From contig CAXXKH010000045.1 in assembly GCA_963677545.2 (NCBI GenBank), forward strand, positions 167,864 through 231,863: 64,000 bases of DNA, given 5' to 3'. Numbering within the stretch: position 1 is the first letter of the stretch; each line of letters begins with the position of its first letter. Below are positions 29,594 to 39,400 of this stretch, one piece after another. A program made the translations under genes and the position numbers. This stretch comes from Desulfobacterales bacterium. Lineage in GTDB: Bacteria > Desulfobacterota > Desulfobacteria > Desulfobacterales > JAFDDL01. Under the pieces are notes generated by a model. It was not told the DNA's origin. It did not search any database and saw only the letters and a list, made by a program, of their open reading frames with translations.

Positions 29594-30303
29594 GCGACGA
29601 TGGCCTAAAGCGAACAAATGAAATCAATACCGCCATTCCAATGTTGGATGCCATCGACATTACGGGGAAAACCATTACAACCGATGCCCTGTTGACCCAA
29701 CGAAAAATCGCTTCTTATTTATTCGAACAGCGCCAAGCCCATTATCACTTCACCGTTAAAAACAATCACCCCGGACTTTATCAAGACATCGCATTGTACT
29801 TTGAAAACCGCCGGGAACCGGATTTTACACTCTGCGATCCTCCCGTCCATGGCCGCATCGAAGTTCGTAAAATCTGGACAACAACGGAACTCAACAACTT
29901 CCTTAACTTCCCTCACGTCGGTCAGGCTTTTGTCATCCAACGCGAGTCAACAAATAAAAAGACCGGAAAATATTCTTGCGAAGTTGCGTACGGCATTACA
30001 GACAAAACCCCGATGCAAGCTGATCCTCGGAACATCCTTGAAACAAATCGCGGTCACTGGTGTATTGAAAACTCATGCCATTATATTATCGATTGGAATT
30101 ACAATGAAGATCGAAGCCGTATACGCATCGGCCATGGCCCCGAAAACGTCACCCGCTTACGTCGTTTTGCCGTCGGTCTAATTAAATCCAAAGGCGTCCG
30201 CTCCGTTCCCCAAAAAATGGAACAGCTAAACCGCAATGTTCGTCTTGTTTTCGACTATCTGAGGATGACTAAAAATTCTGCTGTTTCTACTTGGCGTCTT
30301 TAG
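29575..30303 (+). CDS. ISAs1-like transposase, downstream (-1) frame, C-terminal part of the DDE domain
   Basis: 242 aa. TNEINTAIPMLDAIDITGKTITTDALLTQRKIA and HWCIENSCHYIIDWNYNEDRSRIR are typical of the ISAs1 family. It is reached from the upstream frame by a -1 shift at A_AAA_AAG (29569-29575). Confidence 0.75.
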   Translation: MGFLNVGDDGLKRTNEINTAIPMLDAIDITGKTITTDALLTQRKIASYLFEQRQAHYHFTVKNNHPGLYQDIALYFENRREPDFTLCDPPVHGRIEVRKIWTTTELNNFLNFPHVGQAFVIQRESTNKKTGKYSCEVAYGITDKTPMQADPRNILETNRGHWCIENSCHYIIDWNYNEDRSRIRIGHGPENVTRLRRFAVGLIKSKGVRSVPQKMEQLNRNVRLVFDYLRMTKNSAVSTWRL

Positions 30304-30394
30304 AACAAATTTACCGTGATGTATGTTTGACACCCCTCGGATTCGTGAGATAGATAGGAGATAGTTGCTTATTCTTCTCCGTCTCGCCCCAATT

Positions 30395-30787
30395 TTACCA
30401 AACGGTTTTTACATGGGAATATTTTAGGATTTTTTCATCTTTTGTAATAAGAGTTAAATTGTTTACCCTAGCCGTTGCAACTATCAGCCTATCTACCGGA
30501 TCTTTATGAAAATCTCCTGGCAAATTGCACACATCAATGGCTATTTTGGAGTTAATTTCAAACACCCTTATGCCTGTTTTATCCAGCGCATATGAAAGCC
30601 ACTCATCCGGTGTGATCTTCATCTCAATTTTTTTTCTGCAAGCCATCATTGCAAATTCCCAAATTGAAATAGATGCAATGGCTCGTTGATCCGGAGTGGT
30701 TTTTTTAATTATTCGCATTGCTCCCTTGGATAACTTTTCTGGTTCGCTCAAGCTCCACCACCAGACATGCGTATCCAATAATATCAT
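30395..30787 (-). CDS. vapC: PIN-domain toxin (VapC-like), copy 2
   Basis: Near-identical paralog of 27836-28228, with a few substitutions. Confidence 0.85.
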   Translation of the reverse strand: MILLDTHVWWWSLSEPEKLSKGAMRIIKKTTPDQRAIASISIWEFAMMACRKKIEMKITPDEWLSYALDKTGIRVFEINSKIAIDVCNLPGDFHKDPVDRLIVATARVNNLTLITKDEKILKYSHVKTVW

Positions 30788-31751
30788 CAGACATTCCCCC
30801 AATCATCGCTATCAACAACAGGCTCAGTCAAATCCCCAATAGGGATAGGGACACCTCTCACGGGGTGCCCCTCCCACACCACCGGACATACGGGGCCGTA
30901 TCCGGCGGTTCGGCTGGTCAGAGCAGACATGACTAATACTACTGCCTGCCGGGCTTTATCCAAGCTGAACGCTACCGACATTTCAGCTACCGCTGCAATA
31001 TGCCGGTAAGAACATGCTCTTTGATAGCCATGACCATTTACCCAAGCCATTCGGCCCAGGTACCGTTCGGGCCTTCATCGGGGTGAGGCCTCCGGGTCTA
31101 CTTCTCCCATTTCGGCAGGCCCGGCTCGTTTCCACCGACTAATATGCCCCCTGCTGACTTCTGCCACGTGATCGCCTCCCCTTACGGTTCGGTCAGTCCG
31201 TTAGTGGACATCGTGGCAGATCTCCCGGGGTAAACACATGTCTTTCGGTACACGAATGCCGAGTTTACGGACACACCTTGAGATGGATAGAGGACTTTGC
31301 CTTGAGGTGCAGGCTCGTCCCGGCGTGTGCGCCTCATACTCGGTGGGCGCTTGCGTCACGCCAAAGGCGTGATTCGTCATCCTGTACTTTCGCGGTACCT
31401 CGCCTCGGCAAGGCAGCTTCTTTCCGAAGCATCCCGCTTCTGGCGGGATACTCCGTTGCCATACCGCTACGCCCTTCGCCTCCATCGGGCTGGGCCTAAG
31501 ACTTGCCAAATGCTTGAATATAAGATACATTTGGCGCACTTTTAAGAACATGTGCCGTGCCCGGCACACACCGTGCGGCCTACACCGACAAGAGCCCCAA
31601 TCAACGGATCTTTTGAGTTATCAGAATCGAAATGGGTCAGTTTCGCTACAGGCTTCCCCCGTTTAGTTATTACGATTTCGATATGGCTTTCCTCTATTTG
31701 GTTCAACAATTTAAAGCACTTTGAACGAAATTCAACAGATGATATTCGCAT
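30787..31751 (-). CDS. Phd/YefM-type antitoxin, split gene (exon 1 31570-31751, exon 2 30787-30838)
   Basis: The exons sum to 234 nt, giving 77 aa plus a stop. The spliced product MRISSVEFRSKCFKLLNQIEESHIEIVITKRGKPVAKL...GRTV|GDLTEPVVDSDDWGNV matches the paralog at 28228-28340. Its stop overlaps the vapC start. Confidence 0.7.
30839..31569 (-). mobile_element. ORF-less group II intron (731 nt) inserted in the antitoxin gene, same orientation as the gene
   Basis: The minus strand starts GUGUGCC and ends ...CCCUAU. There is a domain V-like hairpin (ACCGCCGGAUACGG..CCGUAUGUCCGGUGGU with a 2-nt bulge) and a domain VI-like stem with a bulged A 7 nt from the 3-prime end. Several GNRA-type loops are present and no RT ORF. 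Boundaries are defined by the uninterrupted paralog. Confidence 0.7.
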
Positions 31752-31963
31752 GATTTATACCTCCTATTAAGTGTACACATTAACACGTACACATAAAGGA
31801 TTCAACAAATTTCTGAATTATCTTGGACCCGGATTTCTGCAACTGATCATTTTATTTCATCCAGGTCCGAAATCGGGGTGACCGTGATGCTTGCCTTTTC
31901 ACGACAACGATTCATCGAAAACCGGTTGGAGAAGTTAGACCGTCATTAAAACCACTAAAGTCT

Positions 31964-32047
31964 CTTCAGAGCACATAATGATCCCAGTCTGATTTTATTG
32001 CCGCGCTGCGACGGTGACGTCCCGGGATTGATCCGCCTGTTTCGCGG
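31964..32047 (+). repeat. third, partial or diverged copy of the 185-bp repeat (3-prime ~85 nt)
   Basis: cttcagagcacataatgatcccagtctgattttattgccgcgctgcgacggtgacgtcccgggattgatccgcctgtttcgcgg aligns with 10522-10605 and 14906-14988. Confidence 0.8.
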
Positions 32048-32371
32048 TTCGTTTTTCTAAACCCTAAATTTGACCATTTGGAGGGAAAATACCGACATAT
32101 CAGTGGGGTTGAAAAACCTCGAATATCTACGAATAATCAACGGATAGCGGTGCATGAACGTGGCTCGGAATGATTCCTTATAACGCACTTTTCGGTCCCA
32201 AAAACATCGGTTTAAGGCCGAAGAACACCCCTTTTTTAATCTAAACCCGGGCCAGTTGGGCATCTTGCTTGGTCCGGCCCAATTTCACGGTTTCAGACCA
32301 GCTTCCGGAATATTGATTTCCCATCGGGCTACGTCCATCAACACGCTGTCAACCACTTTCGAAAAACCTTC

Positions 32372-32421
32372 TTGACAGTCGGTCATTTGTTTCGTACAAT
32401 TGTTCGTAACAAATGACCGAC
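32372..32421 (+). promoter_or_regulatory. sigma70 promoter with a perfect inverted-repeat operator (probable TetR site)
   Basis: TTGACA (32372-32377), 17-nt spacer, TACAAT (32395-32400). The 14-bp arms gtcggtcatttgtt (32378-32391) and aacaaatgaccgac (32408-32421) bracket the -10 box. Confidence 0.65.
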
Positions 32422-32440
32422 TCGTGTCGAGAGGTGAAAC

Positions 32441-33067
32441 ATGCAAGTGAAATATATAGACCATTTGCCCGTCGGGATGGAGCTTTCCGCGGTGCGTCTC
32501 TATTTAGATGCCCTACGGGATAAGCTCATGCCCATCTTTGGAGATGCCAAACGGGCACTAAATATCCTCTCCCAAAATCTCGCACCGGATCGTTGTCTGA
32601 CGGCCCTGTGTGATCAGAGGCTCGTCGGTGTCTTGGGAATCCAGACAGCCAGGGGCGGATTCCTGAATCCGGCACTCAAATCGCTGACCGCTGAATACGG
32701 ATTGACAGGCGGCTTGCTCAGGCTTGGGCAGTTGCATCTTCTGCACCACAGAACAGGGAACGACGAGTGGTATGTCGATGGGATTGCCGTGGTGGAGGAG
32801 ATGAGAGGTGTGAGTATCGGAACGGGATTGCTCGGTTTTTTTGAAGACATCGCCAGAAAGAAGGGTATCCATAAGCTCTCACTCGAGGTTATGAATACGA
32901 ACCAGAAGGCCAGGGCGCTCTACGAGCGTTTGGGTTTCACCGCAACCAAACAAACCTACCTCTGGCCGTTCAACCGCTTGTGCGGATTCCCTTCCGAATC
33001 AGCTATCGAGATGGTGAAGATGCTTCCATCGCCAGGAGCTTCACTCCCGATCCCGCAGAACACATAG
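32441..33067 (+). CDS. GNAT-family N-acetyltransferase
   Basis: 208 aa. IAVVEEMRGVSIGTGLL...ARALYERLGF is the acetyl-CoA binding motif A pattern. Confidence 0.75.
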   Translation: MQVKYIDHLPVGMELSAVRLYLDALRDKLMPIFGDAKRALNILSQNLAPDRCLTALCDQRLVGVLGIQTARGGFLNPALKSLTAEYGLTGGLLRLGQLHLLHHRTGNDEWYVDGIAVVEEMRGVSIGTGLLGFFEDIARKKGIHKLSLEVMNTNQKARALYERLGFTATKQTYLWPFNRLCGFPSESAIEMVKMLPSPGASLPIPQNT

Positions 33068-33105
33068 GCGTGGAACAACACATATCAAATATCGGAGGAT
33101 TGAAA

Positions 33106-33738
33106 ATGGGAACCCCAAAGGATTCGGAAAAAACACGGGCCAAACTCATTGAAGCCGCTGGTCAACTTTTTGCGGAAAAAGGATTCAACGGGGTCACGGT
33201 CCGGGATATCGCCAAAGCAGCCGATACCCACTTGAGTGCATTGAACTATCATTTCAGAACCAAAGAGGCATTGTATCACGAGGTGCTCATTGAGGCATGC
33301 AAAGCAGACTCTGTTTCCGCTGAAGACAAGGAGTTCTTGTTAAAGTCCGATCCAGGTGAGGCGCTTTTTCTGTTTGTAAAGGAATCCCTGTTGGAATATC
33401 GAAAGCAGACGGCCTCAAATTGGCGACTTGTTTTAGTAGCAAGGGAATGTAGAGAGCCAAGTCATGAGTTTGGTGAAGTATCGAAAGTGTATTTCGAACC
33501 TGAGACAAACTTTTTGGCTAAACTAATAGGCAGGGTCGTAAGAAAGCCATCCGTTGATCATCATGTCCGTTTTGCCGTTATGAGTTTAATTGCCTTGCTT
33601 GAAACGTTTGGGCTTTATAGGCATTTGATCGATGTCGTTTCGCCGGGTCTTGATGATTATTTCAAGAAGAGAAACGCTCTTGCCAAGCATATTGTTCATC
33701 TTGTGATTGAAGCCGCCAATCCATCAACAAGCGAGTAG
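33106..33738 (+). CDS. TetR/AcrR-family transcriptional regulator
   Basis: 210 aa from the ATG at 33106 (GGAGGA RBS). TRAKLIEAAGQLFAEKGFNGVTVRDIAKAADTHLSALNYHF is the TetR N-terminal HTH signature. Confidence 0.9.
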   Translation: MGTPKDSEKTRAKLIEAAGQLFAEKGFNGVTVRDIAKAADTHLSALNYHFRTKEALYHEVLIEACKADSVSAEDKEFLLKSDPGEALFLFVKESLLEYRKQTASNWRLVLVARECREPSHEFGEVSKVYFEPETNFLAKLIGRVVRKPSVDHHVRFAVMSLIALLETFGLYRHLIDVVSPGLDDYFKKRNALAKHIVHLVIEAANPSTSE

Positions 33739-33741
33739 CTA

Positions 33742-35205
33742 ATGGTTACAAAACGGAGCAAAATACAATCTTCTCAAAACACACGATTGGCACTGCTTGC
33801 TGTTATGTTTTTTTGCACGTGTGCTTTCTGTATTTCAGGCTGTACAGCTTTTAGAAAGCCAGTCCCGGCCAAGCTGCCGGAGAATATGCCTTTGTCATGG
33901 ACAGCGGATGTCGACATCGAAAAACTTCCGATTACGGCAAGTTTGGTTGATCTAATAGGCGAGCAACGAGTGTTGCGCCAGCTCGTTGACGAAGCGCCGA
34001 AAAACAATCCGAACCTTAACGCGACAGCTCTTCGCCTGAAATCGGCTGGATACATGCTGACCGGTTCGCGCTCAAAACTGCTGCCACAGGTCAATGCCGA
34101 GTTTTCCAAAGGACGAGACAATCAACAAATTGACACTGAAACAGGTAAGCAAAAGACGTCTGACTCTAATCGACTATCGCTTGGTGTGAGCTGGGAATTG
34201 GATATATGGGGGCGGCTGGCAAATGAACATAAGGCATCGCAACAAACTGTTCTTGCACAGGCATATGATTATCTGCATATCCGTGACGCTCTGGTCGTGC
34301 GTGTGATTCAAGCATGGATAGAACAGATTGCAATTCGACGTTCCCTCGACATTGAAAAAGAACGCGTGGCGGTTTTACAGAGCATCGAAACAGTCCTGAT
34401 CGAACGTTACAAAAGTGGTATCGGAAACCTGGATGAACTGTCTGTGGCCAAAAGCAGGAAAGAAATCGCCAAAGCGGATCTTAGTGCACGCAACGCGGCG
34501 CTGCTAAGATCAATTCGAAAACTGGAAGTTCTGCTTGGTCGGTATCCAAAAGGAGATGTTGTGTCTGGTATTGACCTGCCGGAGGTAAAGTCTCCACCGG
34601 TCTATATTCCCTCCACCGTACTTCTTAATCGTCCGGATATTCAAGCCGCTCTTGCGCGGGTTGAATCGGCAAGCAACACATCGCGTGCGGCCGATAAAGC
34701 GATCCTTCCCGAATTGCGGATTTCAGGACAGGTCTTTCGGCAAGCTACCAATTTAAATAACCTTGGTGAAACAACATCCTATTGGAGTCTATTGGGGTCA
34801 CTGTTTCAACCTTTGTTTGAGGGTGGAAGAATCGTCAGTGAATCAAAAGCAATGCGCGTAGAGGCAGAGGCATCATTGATGGATTTGTGCGGTGTGGTTT
34901 TGCAGGCCCTGAAGGAAGTCGAAGACGCCTTTGATACCGAGCGTGATTTGGCTGTGCAGAGCCTGGCGCTTGAAATCGCAGTCACTGAATCAGAGACAAG
35001 CAGCCACTACTACGAAGATCGATATCAACAAGGACTGGACACCATCCAGAGTCTGTTAATCGCAAGAGAACAAGAAATGTCCGTTCGAATTCGGCTAAAC
35101 GAGGTCGTAGCTGAGCGTTGGAGCAATCGAATTGATCTGGCCTTAGCATTGGGCGTGGGAATTGATGAACGCCCGGCTATGCCTTTGGGAGATAAGAAGC
35201 CATGA
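33742..35205 (+). CDS. efflux transporter outer-membrane factor (NodT/TolC family lipoprotein)
   Basis: 487 aa with a lipobox-like signal (FCISGC) and two-repeat OMF architecture. It is the first of three efflux genes. Confidence 0.8.
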   Translation: MVTKRSKIQSSQNTRLALLAVMFFCTCAFCISGCTAFRKPVPAKLPENMPLSWTADVDIEKLPITASLVDLIGEQRVLRQLVDEAPKNNPNLNATALRLKSAGYMLTGSRSKLLPQVNAEFSKGRDNQQIDTETGKQKTSDSNRLSLGVSWELDIWGRLANEHKASQQTVLAQAYDYLHIRDALVVRVIQAWIEQIAIRRSLDIEKERVAVLQSIETVLIERYKSGIGNLDELSVAKSRKEIAKADLSARNAALLRSIRKLEVLLGRYPKGDVVSGIDLPEVKSPPVYIPSTVLLNRPDIQAALARVESASNTSRAADKAILPELRISGQVFRQATNLNNLGETTSYWSLLGSLFQPLFEGGRIVSESKAMRVEAEASLMDLCGVVLQALKEVEDAFDTERDLAVQSLALEIAVTESETSSHYYEDRYQQGLDTIQSLLIAREQEMSVRIRLNEVVAERWSNRIDLALALGVGIDERPAMPLGDKKP

Positions 35206-36404
35206 ATTCTCATGATGATAAAATGAACTACCTGAAACGATTTTGTAAAAAATGGAAAAGGCCATTGGTTTTTCTCTGCGTTGCCACGCTGTGCGGCTTA
35301 GTAATATTTGTCGTCCTGTCGTCAGAGCCGGATGAATCCATAACTATCCAAAAGGATGTTATACAGACAAGCGGCATGCCGGTCTCTGTTCGCGTGGTGG
35401 AACCAAAGAGCTATCCAGCAGTTGTCAAATCATTTGGAGAGGTCGTTCCGTTATGGCAAACAATAATAAAGGCCCAGGTGGACGGTCAACTCATCTACCT
35501 ATCTGACAAATTACGGGTTGGCAGCATTGTCAAACAGGGCGAATTGCTTGTCCAGATAGAAAAAAGCGAATTTGAGATGCAGGTGGCTGAAGCAAGAAAT
35601 CGTTTGTCTGCTGCAAAAGTTGTTCTATTGAAGGAACAGCGAGAAGCTGATCAGGCTCGAAAGGATTGGGAACGTTCCAATAATGGAAGCAAACCGGATT
35701 CTCCTCTAGTGTTGCGTACTCCTCAACTCGAAGCGGCTAAAACCGAAGTTGAAGCTGCGCAAACCGCACTCAATCGAGCAGAGGTTCTTTTGCAATACAC
35801 GGATGTCCGTTCTCCCTTCGACGGAGTGATCATGCAAAGCATGGTAAGCCTGAGAGAGACTCTGTTTACTGGAGGGGAAATCGCCACGATTTATGGTTTG
35901 GATACCGTGGAAGTCGGTATTCATCTGGATGAAAAGCAATGGGCCTTGTTGCCTGAGCCGATTGTGGAGGCGAATGTCCGGTTATACACGCCCGGCAGGA
36001 CGTCGAAATCAAATTGGAATGCACAAATTGCGAGGGAAAGCCGCCACCTGGACAGGGAATCACGCCTGCGAACCTTGTTTCTTCAGGTGAAACAACCTTT
36101 GGAGCAAATACCTCCATTGTTACCAGGGTCTTTTGTTCAGGCTGAAATCATCGGCCGCAATATACCGGAACTTGTAAAAATCCCCGAACCGGCACTGACA
36201 AAACAGGGGCTGGTCTGGTTTGTGGATCATAACAATAGTTTGCAGCCAAGGCGTGTTGATCCAGTCTTTTATGGAGAAGGCATCGTCTATATTCGTGTGC
36301 CCGCAGACACAGAAATGCCAATACGCATAGCCGAATCACCCAACACCAGCTTTGTCAGCGGATTAAAAATTAATCCAATCGCGGCAAAGGGGGGTGAGGA
36401 ATAA
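35202..36404 (+). CDS. efflux RND periplasmic adaptor (membrane fusion protein)
   Basis: 400 aa with an N-terminal TM segment, a coiled-coil hairpin (AEARNRLSAAK...LEAAKTEVEAAQTALNRAE) and the YTDVRSPFDGVI lipoyl-like motif. It overlaps its neighbours by 4 nt and 1 nt. Confidence 0.85.
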   Translation: MNSHDDKMNYLKRFCKKWKRPLVFLCVATLCGLVIFVVLSSEPDESITIQKDVIQTSGMPVSVRVVEPKSYPAVVKSFGEVVPLWQTIIKAQVDGQLIYLSDKLRVGSIVKQGELLVQIEKSEFEMQVAEARNRLSAAKVVLLKEQREADQARKDWERSNNGSKPDSPLVLRTPQLEAAKTEVEAAQTALNRAEVLLQYTDVRSPFDGVIMQSMVSLRETLFTGGEIATIYGLDTVEVGIHLDEKQWALLPEPIVEANVRLYTPGRTSKSNWNAQIARESRHLDRESRLRTLFLQVKQPLEQIPPLLPGSFVQAEIIGRNIPELVKIPEPALTKQGLVWFVDHNNSLQPRRVDPVFYGEGIVYIRVPADTEMPIRIAESPNTSFVSGLKINPIAAKGGEE

Positions 36405-39400
36405 TGCATACCTTATCCGCATGGTTTACGCGAAACCCGGTTGCCGCCAACCTCCTCATGCTGCTGGCCCTGATTGCAGGCTTGTTCAGTATTCAATCCA
36501 TTCGTATTGAAGGATTTCCGGCATTGCCGCCCAGTTCAGTTACGATTACAACCTTGTACCCGGGAGCAAGCGCGGAACAGGTGGATCGAGGGATTTCCCG
36601 TAAAATCGAAAAGACGCTTGAGGACATGCCCGGGGTGAAAAAAATATCCTCGTTCTCTGAAGAAGGAACTTCGTCGGTCTGGGTTCAGAAAGTGTCAGGG
36701 TTTGACATGGATCGGTTTCAGAACGAGATCGAATCCCGTGTTAATGCCGTCCCCAGCCTGCCACAGCTTGCTGAGCGCCCCATCATCGCTCGTGATGAGT
36801 TCAATGTGGAAGCCCTTTTGGTGCAGGTTTACGGCGATGTCGATAACCTTACGCCCCAAAAAGTCGCGCGTAATCTCAAGGAAGAGTTACTGGCGAATCC
36901 CAAAATCACCAAGATTACCCCCTTTGGCCTGTTGAATCACGAGATTCGTATCGAGGTCGATGATGCCATGCTTCGTGCCTATGGACTATCGCTCAACGAT
37001 GTTGCCGATGCGATTGAATCGGCTTCTTTGGATTACCGTACCGGAAGCATTGATAGTCGGGCCGGAAAAGTGGTTATTCGGGCAGATCAGAAATCATTCA
37101 GTTACGAAGAATTCGCCTCTATTCCGATGCGCACCCCTGCTGGAGGCACCCGCCTGACAATCAGGGATGTTGCTGAAGTTATTGACGGATTTGAAGAGGA
37201 ACATCGGTTTGCCCGTTTCCAGGGACTGCCTTCTATAGGGATGCTTATCTATACCAGCAAGAAAGGGCATCTCTTCGAGGTCAGCGAAGCGGCGCATGCC
37301 GTTGCTGACGAAATGAGGCCCCAGCTTCCTCAGGGAATGAAGATCGATGTATGGGGGGAAACCAGCATTTACATGAAAGCAAGATTATCTCTGCTGGCGA
37401 CAAACGCCTGCCAGGGGCTTCTGATCGTTTTCGTCCTGCTGGCTCTTTTTCTCAATTTCAGACTGGCCTTCTGGGTGGCCATGGGCATTCCAATATCGCT
37501 GGCCGGAACCCTGGTGCTGATGGGAGATCGTTTTCTCGGATACTCACTCAACGACATCACCACATTTGGCATGATTGTTGTTTTAGGTATTCTGGTCGAT
37601 GATGCGATTGTGGTCGGTGAAAGTGTTTTCGAGGCCAGGGGACAGATTAAAGACCCCATTGAAGGGACCATTCAGGGGGTTCATCGTGTGATAACGGCTA
37701 CCGTATTCGGATGCTTTACTACGGTCGCGGCATTCTTCCCACTGCTGCTTATCAAGAATGACATTGGTAAGATCTTTGCCAGTTTTTCAGTGGTTGTAAT
37801 TGTTTCATTAATAATGTCATTAATAGAAAGCAAGCTGATTCTGCCAGCGCACTTGGCAGCTGTTAGAATAGACACTCGTCCACCTAAAAGATGGTTCTCA
37901 ATATTGTGGCATAAAATACAATCCATTGTCACTCGCGGGCTCACTTCTGTAAACCAAAGCCTCTATCAACCCTTGCTCGGAAAAGCCCTGCGTCATCGCT
38001 ACGCAACATTGATGATTATTTTAACCATCGCTGTTAGCGGATTATCCATGATTTTCAATGGATGGATTCGAACCGTTTTCTTTCCTGAGGTGCCCGGGCA
38101 AATCATTACCGTAAAACTTCAAATGAGAAGCGGTAGCCCACTGAATCTGACCATGGACAACATAAAGGCCATTGAAGAAGCGGCCGAAGCCGTGAACGTC
38201 GAAGCCATGGCTGAATTCCAGAGCGATGAACCACCCATCGCCCGAATCATGATCGCCCTTACAGACCCGTTTAACGCCGAGATTTACGCCGAACTCCAAC
38301 CGGAAGAGCATCGGAAACTTGAAACCATGGAGACCTTGCATCGCTGGCGTGAAAAAGTCGGCACATTGGAAGGCTCCGAAGAACTGAGCTTCAGCGGATC
38401 ATTTGAAACCGGGGGAGGTTTTGTCATCGAACTGGGCGCCCGGGACGATGCCGTTTTACAGGACGCTGTTGGGCGTTTTTCATCTGCTTTAAGTCGACTG
38501 GATGGTATTCACGACATTCGGGATGATCTCAGACAGGGCAGTCCCCAAATCAGGTTGCGCCTGAAGCCTGATGCACAGCATTTGGGGTTGAGCGCTTCCG
38601 ATTTGGCCAGCCAGATTGGTGATGCATTTGGGGGGCTTGAAGTACAGCGCGTTCAACGAGACGCCGACGAGGTGAAAGTGGTTGTCAAATACAAAGAAGA
38701 GAGGCGACGTTATATGCGTGATATCCTCGACACCTACATTCAGACCGCACAGGGAGAGTGGCTGCCACTATCTCTGGTTGCGAGTATTAAGGCTGGATAT
38801 GTTCCCTCCTCCCTGAATCGGCAAAACGGACGGCGGGTGGTACAGGTGCGCGCTTCGTTGGACAAAGAACGTATCAGTCCCAGTGAAGCATTTGAATGGA
38901 TTCAAAAAAACGTATCGCCGGAACTCAGGTCCCTTTACCCGGAACTGACCATTAAAGGAGCTGGAGAACTGGAGGAAGTCGGCGAGATAAAAGGAGGTAT
39001 GATCCGGGCATTAGTCATGATTTTAATCCTGATATACGCTCTTCTGGCCGTTCCTTTGAAATCGTACTGGCAACCGCTGGTGATTATGTCTGTCATCCCC
39101 TTTGGTTTTGTTGGGGCAGTAATAGGCCATTGGATCAACGGACTTCCGCTCAGCATTTTGTCGTTTTTTGGTATGTTGGCGGTAACCGGTGTTGTGGTTA
39201 ATGACAGCCTTGTCATGATGACCCGATTCAACGAGCTTCGTGAAGGAGGCCACGATTTGTGGGAATCATTAGTCATGGCTGGCGGTAGCCGTTTTCGAGC
39301 CATCATTCTCACAACGGTGACAACCGTCTGCGGATTGATGCCTCTGCTTCTGGAAACAAGCGAGCAAGCGCAGTATTTGATACCTGCCGCAGTCTCTCTG

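Larger units (their letters stand above)
28403..30318 (+). mobile_element. ISAs1-family-like insertion sequence (1916 bp)
   Basis: Imperfect ~17-bp terminal IRs (cagggtgatttcgttct / cacggtaaatttgttct). A 9-bp target duplication atgtatgtt lies at 28394-28402 and 30319-30327. The empty site is visible in the paralogous copy at 27755-27770. Confidence 0.85.

Noticed and set aside
30787-31569. ORFs inside the intron region (30787-31050, 31201-31569, 31278-31545) as a possible intron-encoded protein
   Set aside because: They are short, lie in mixed frames and strands, and show no reverse-transcriptase (YADD) or maturase motifs. They are best explained as chance ORFs in structured GC-rich RNA-coding DNA.
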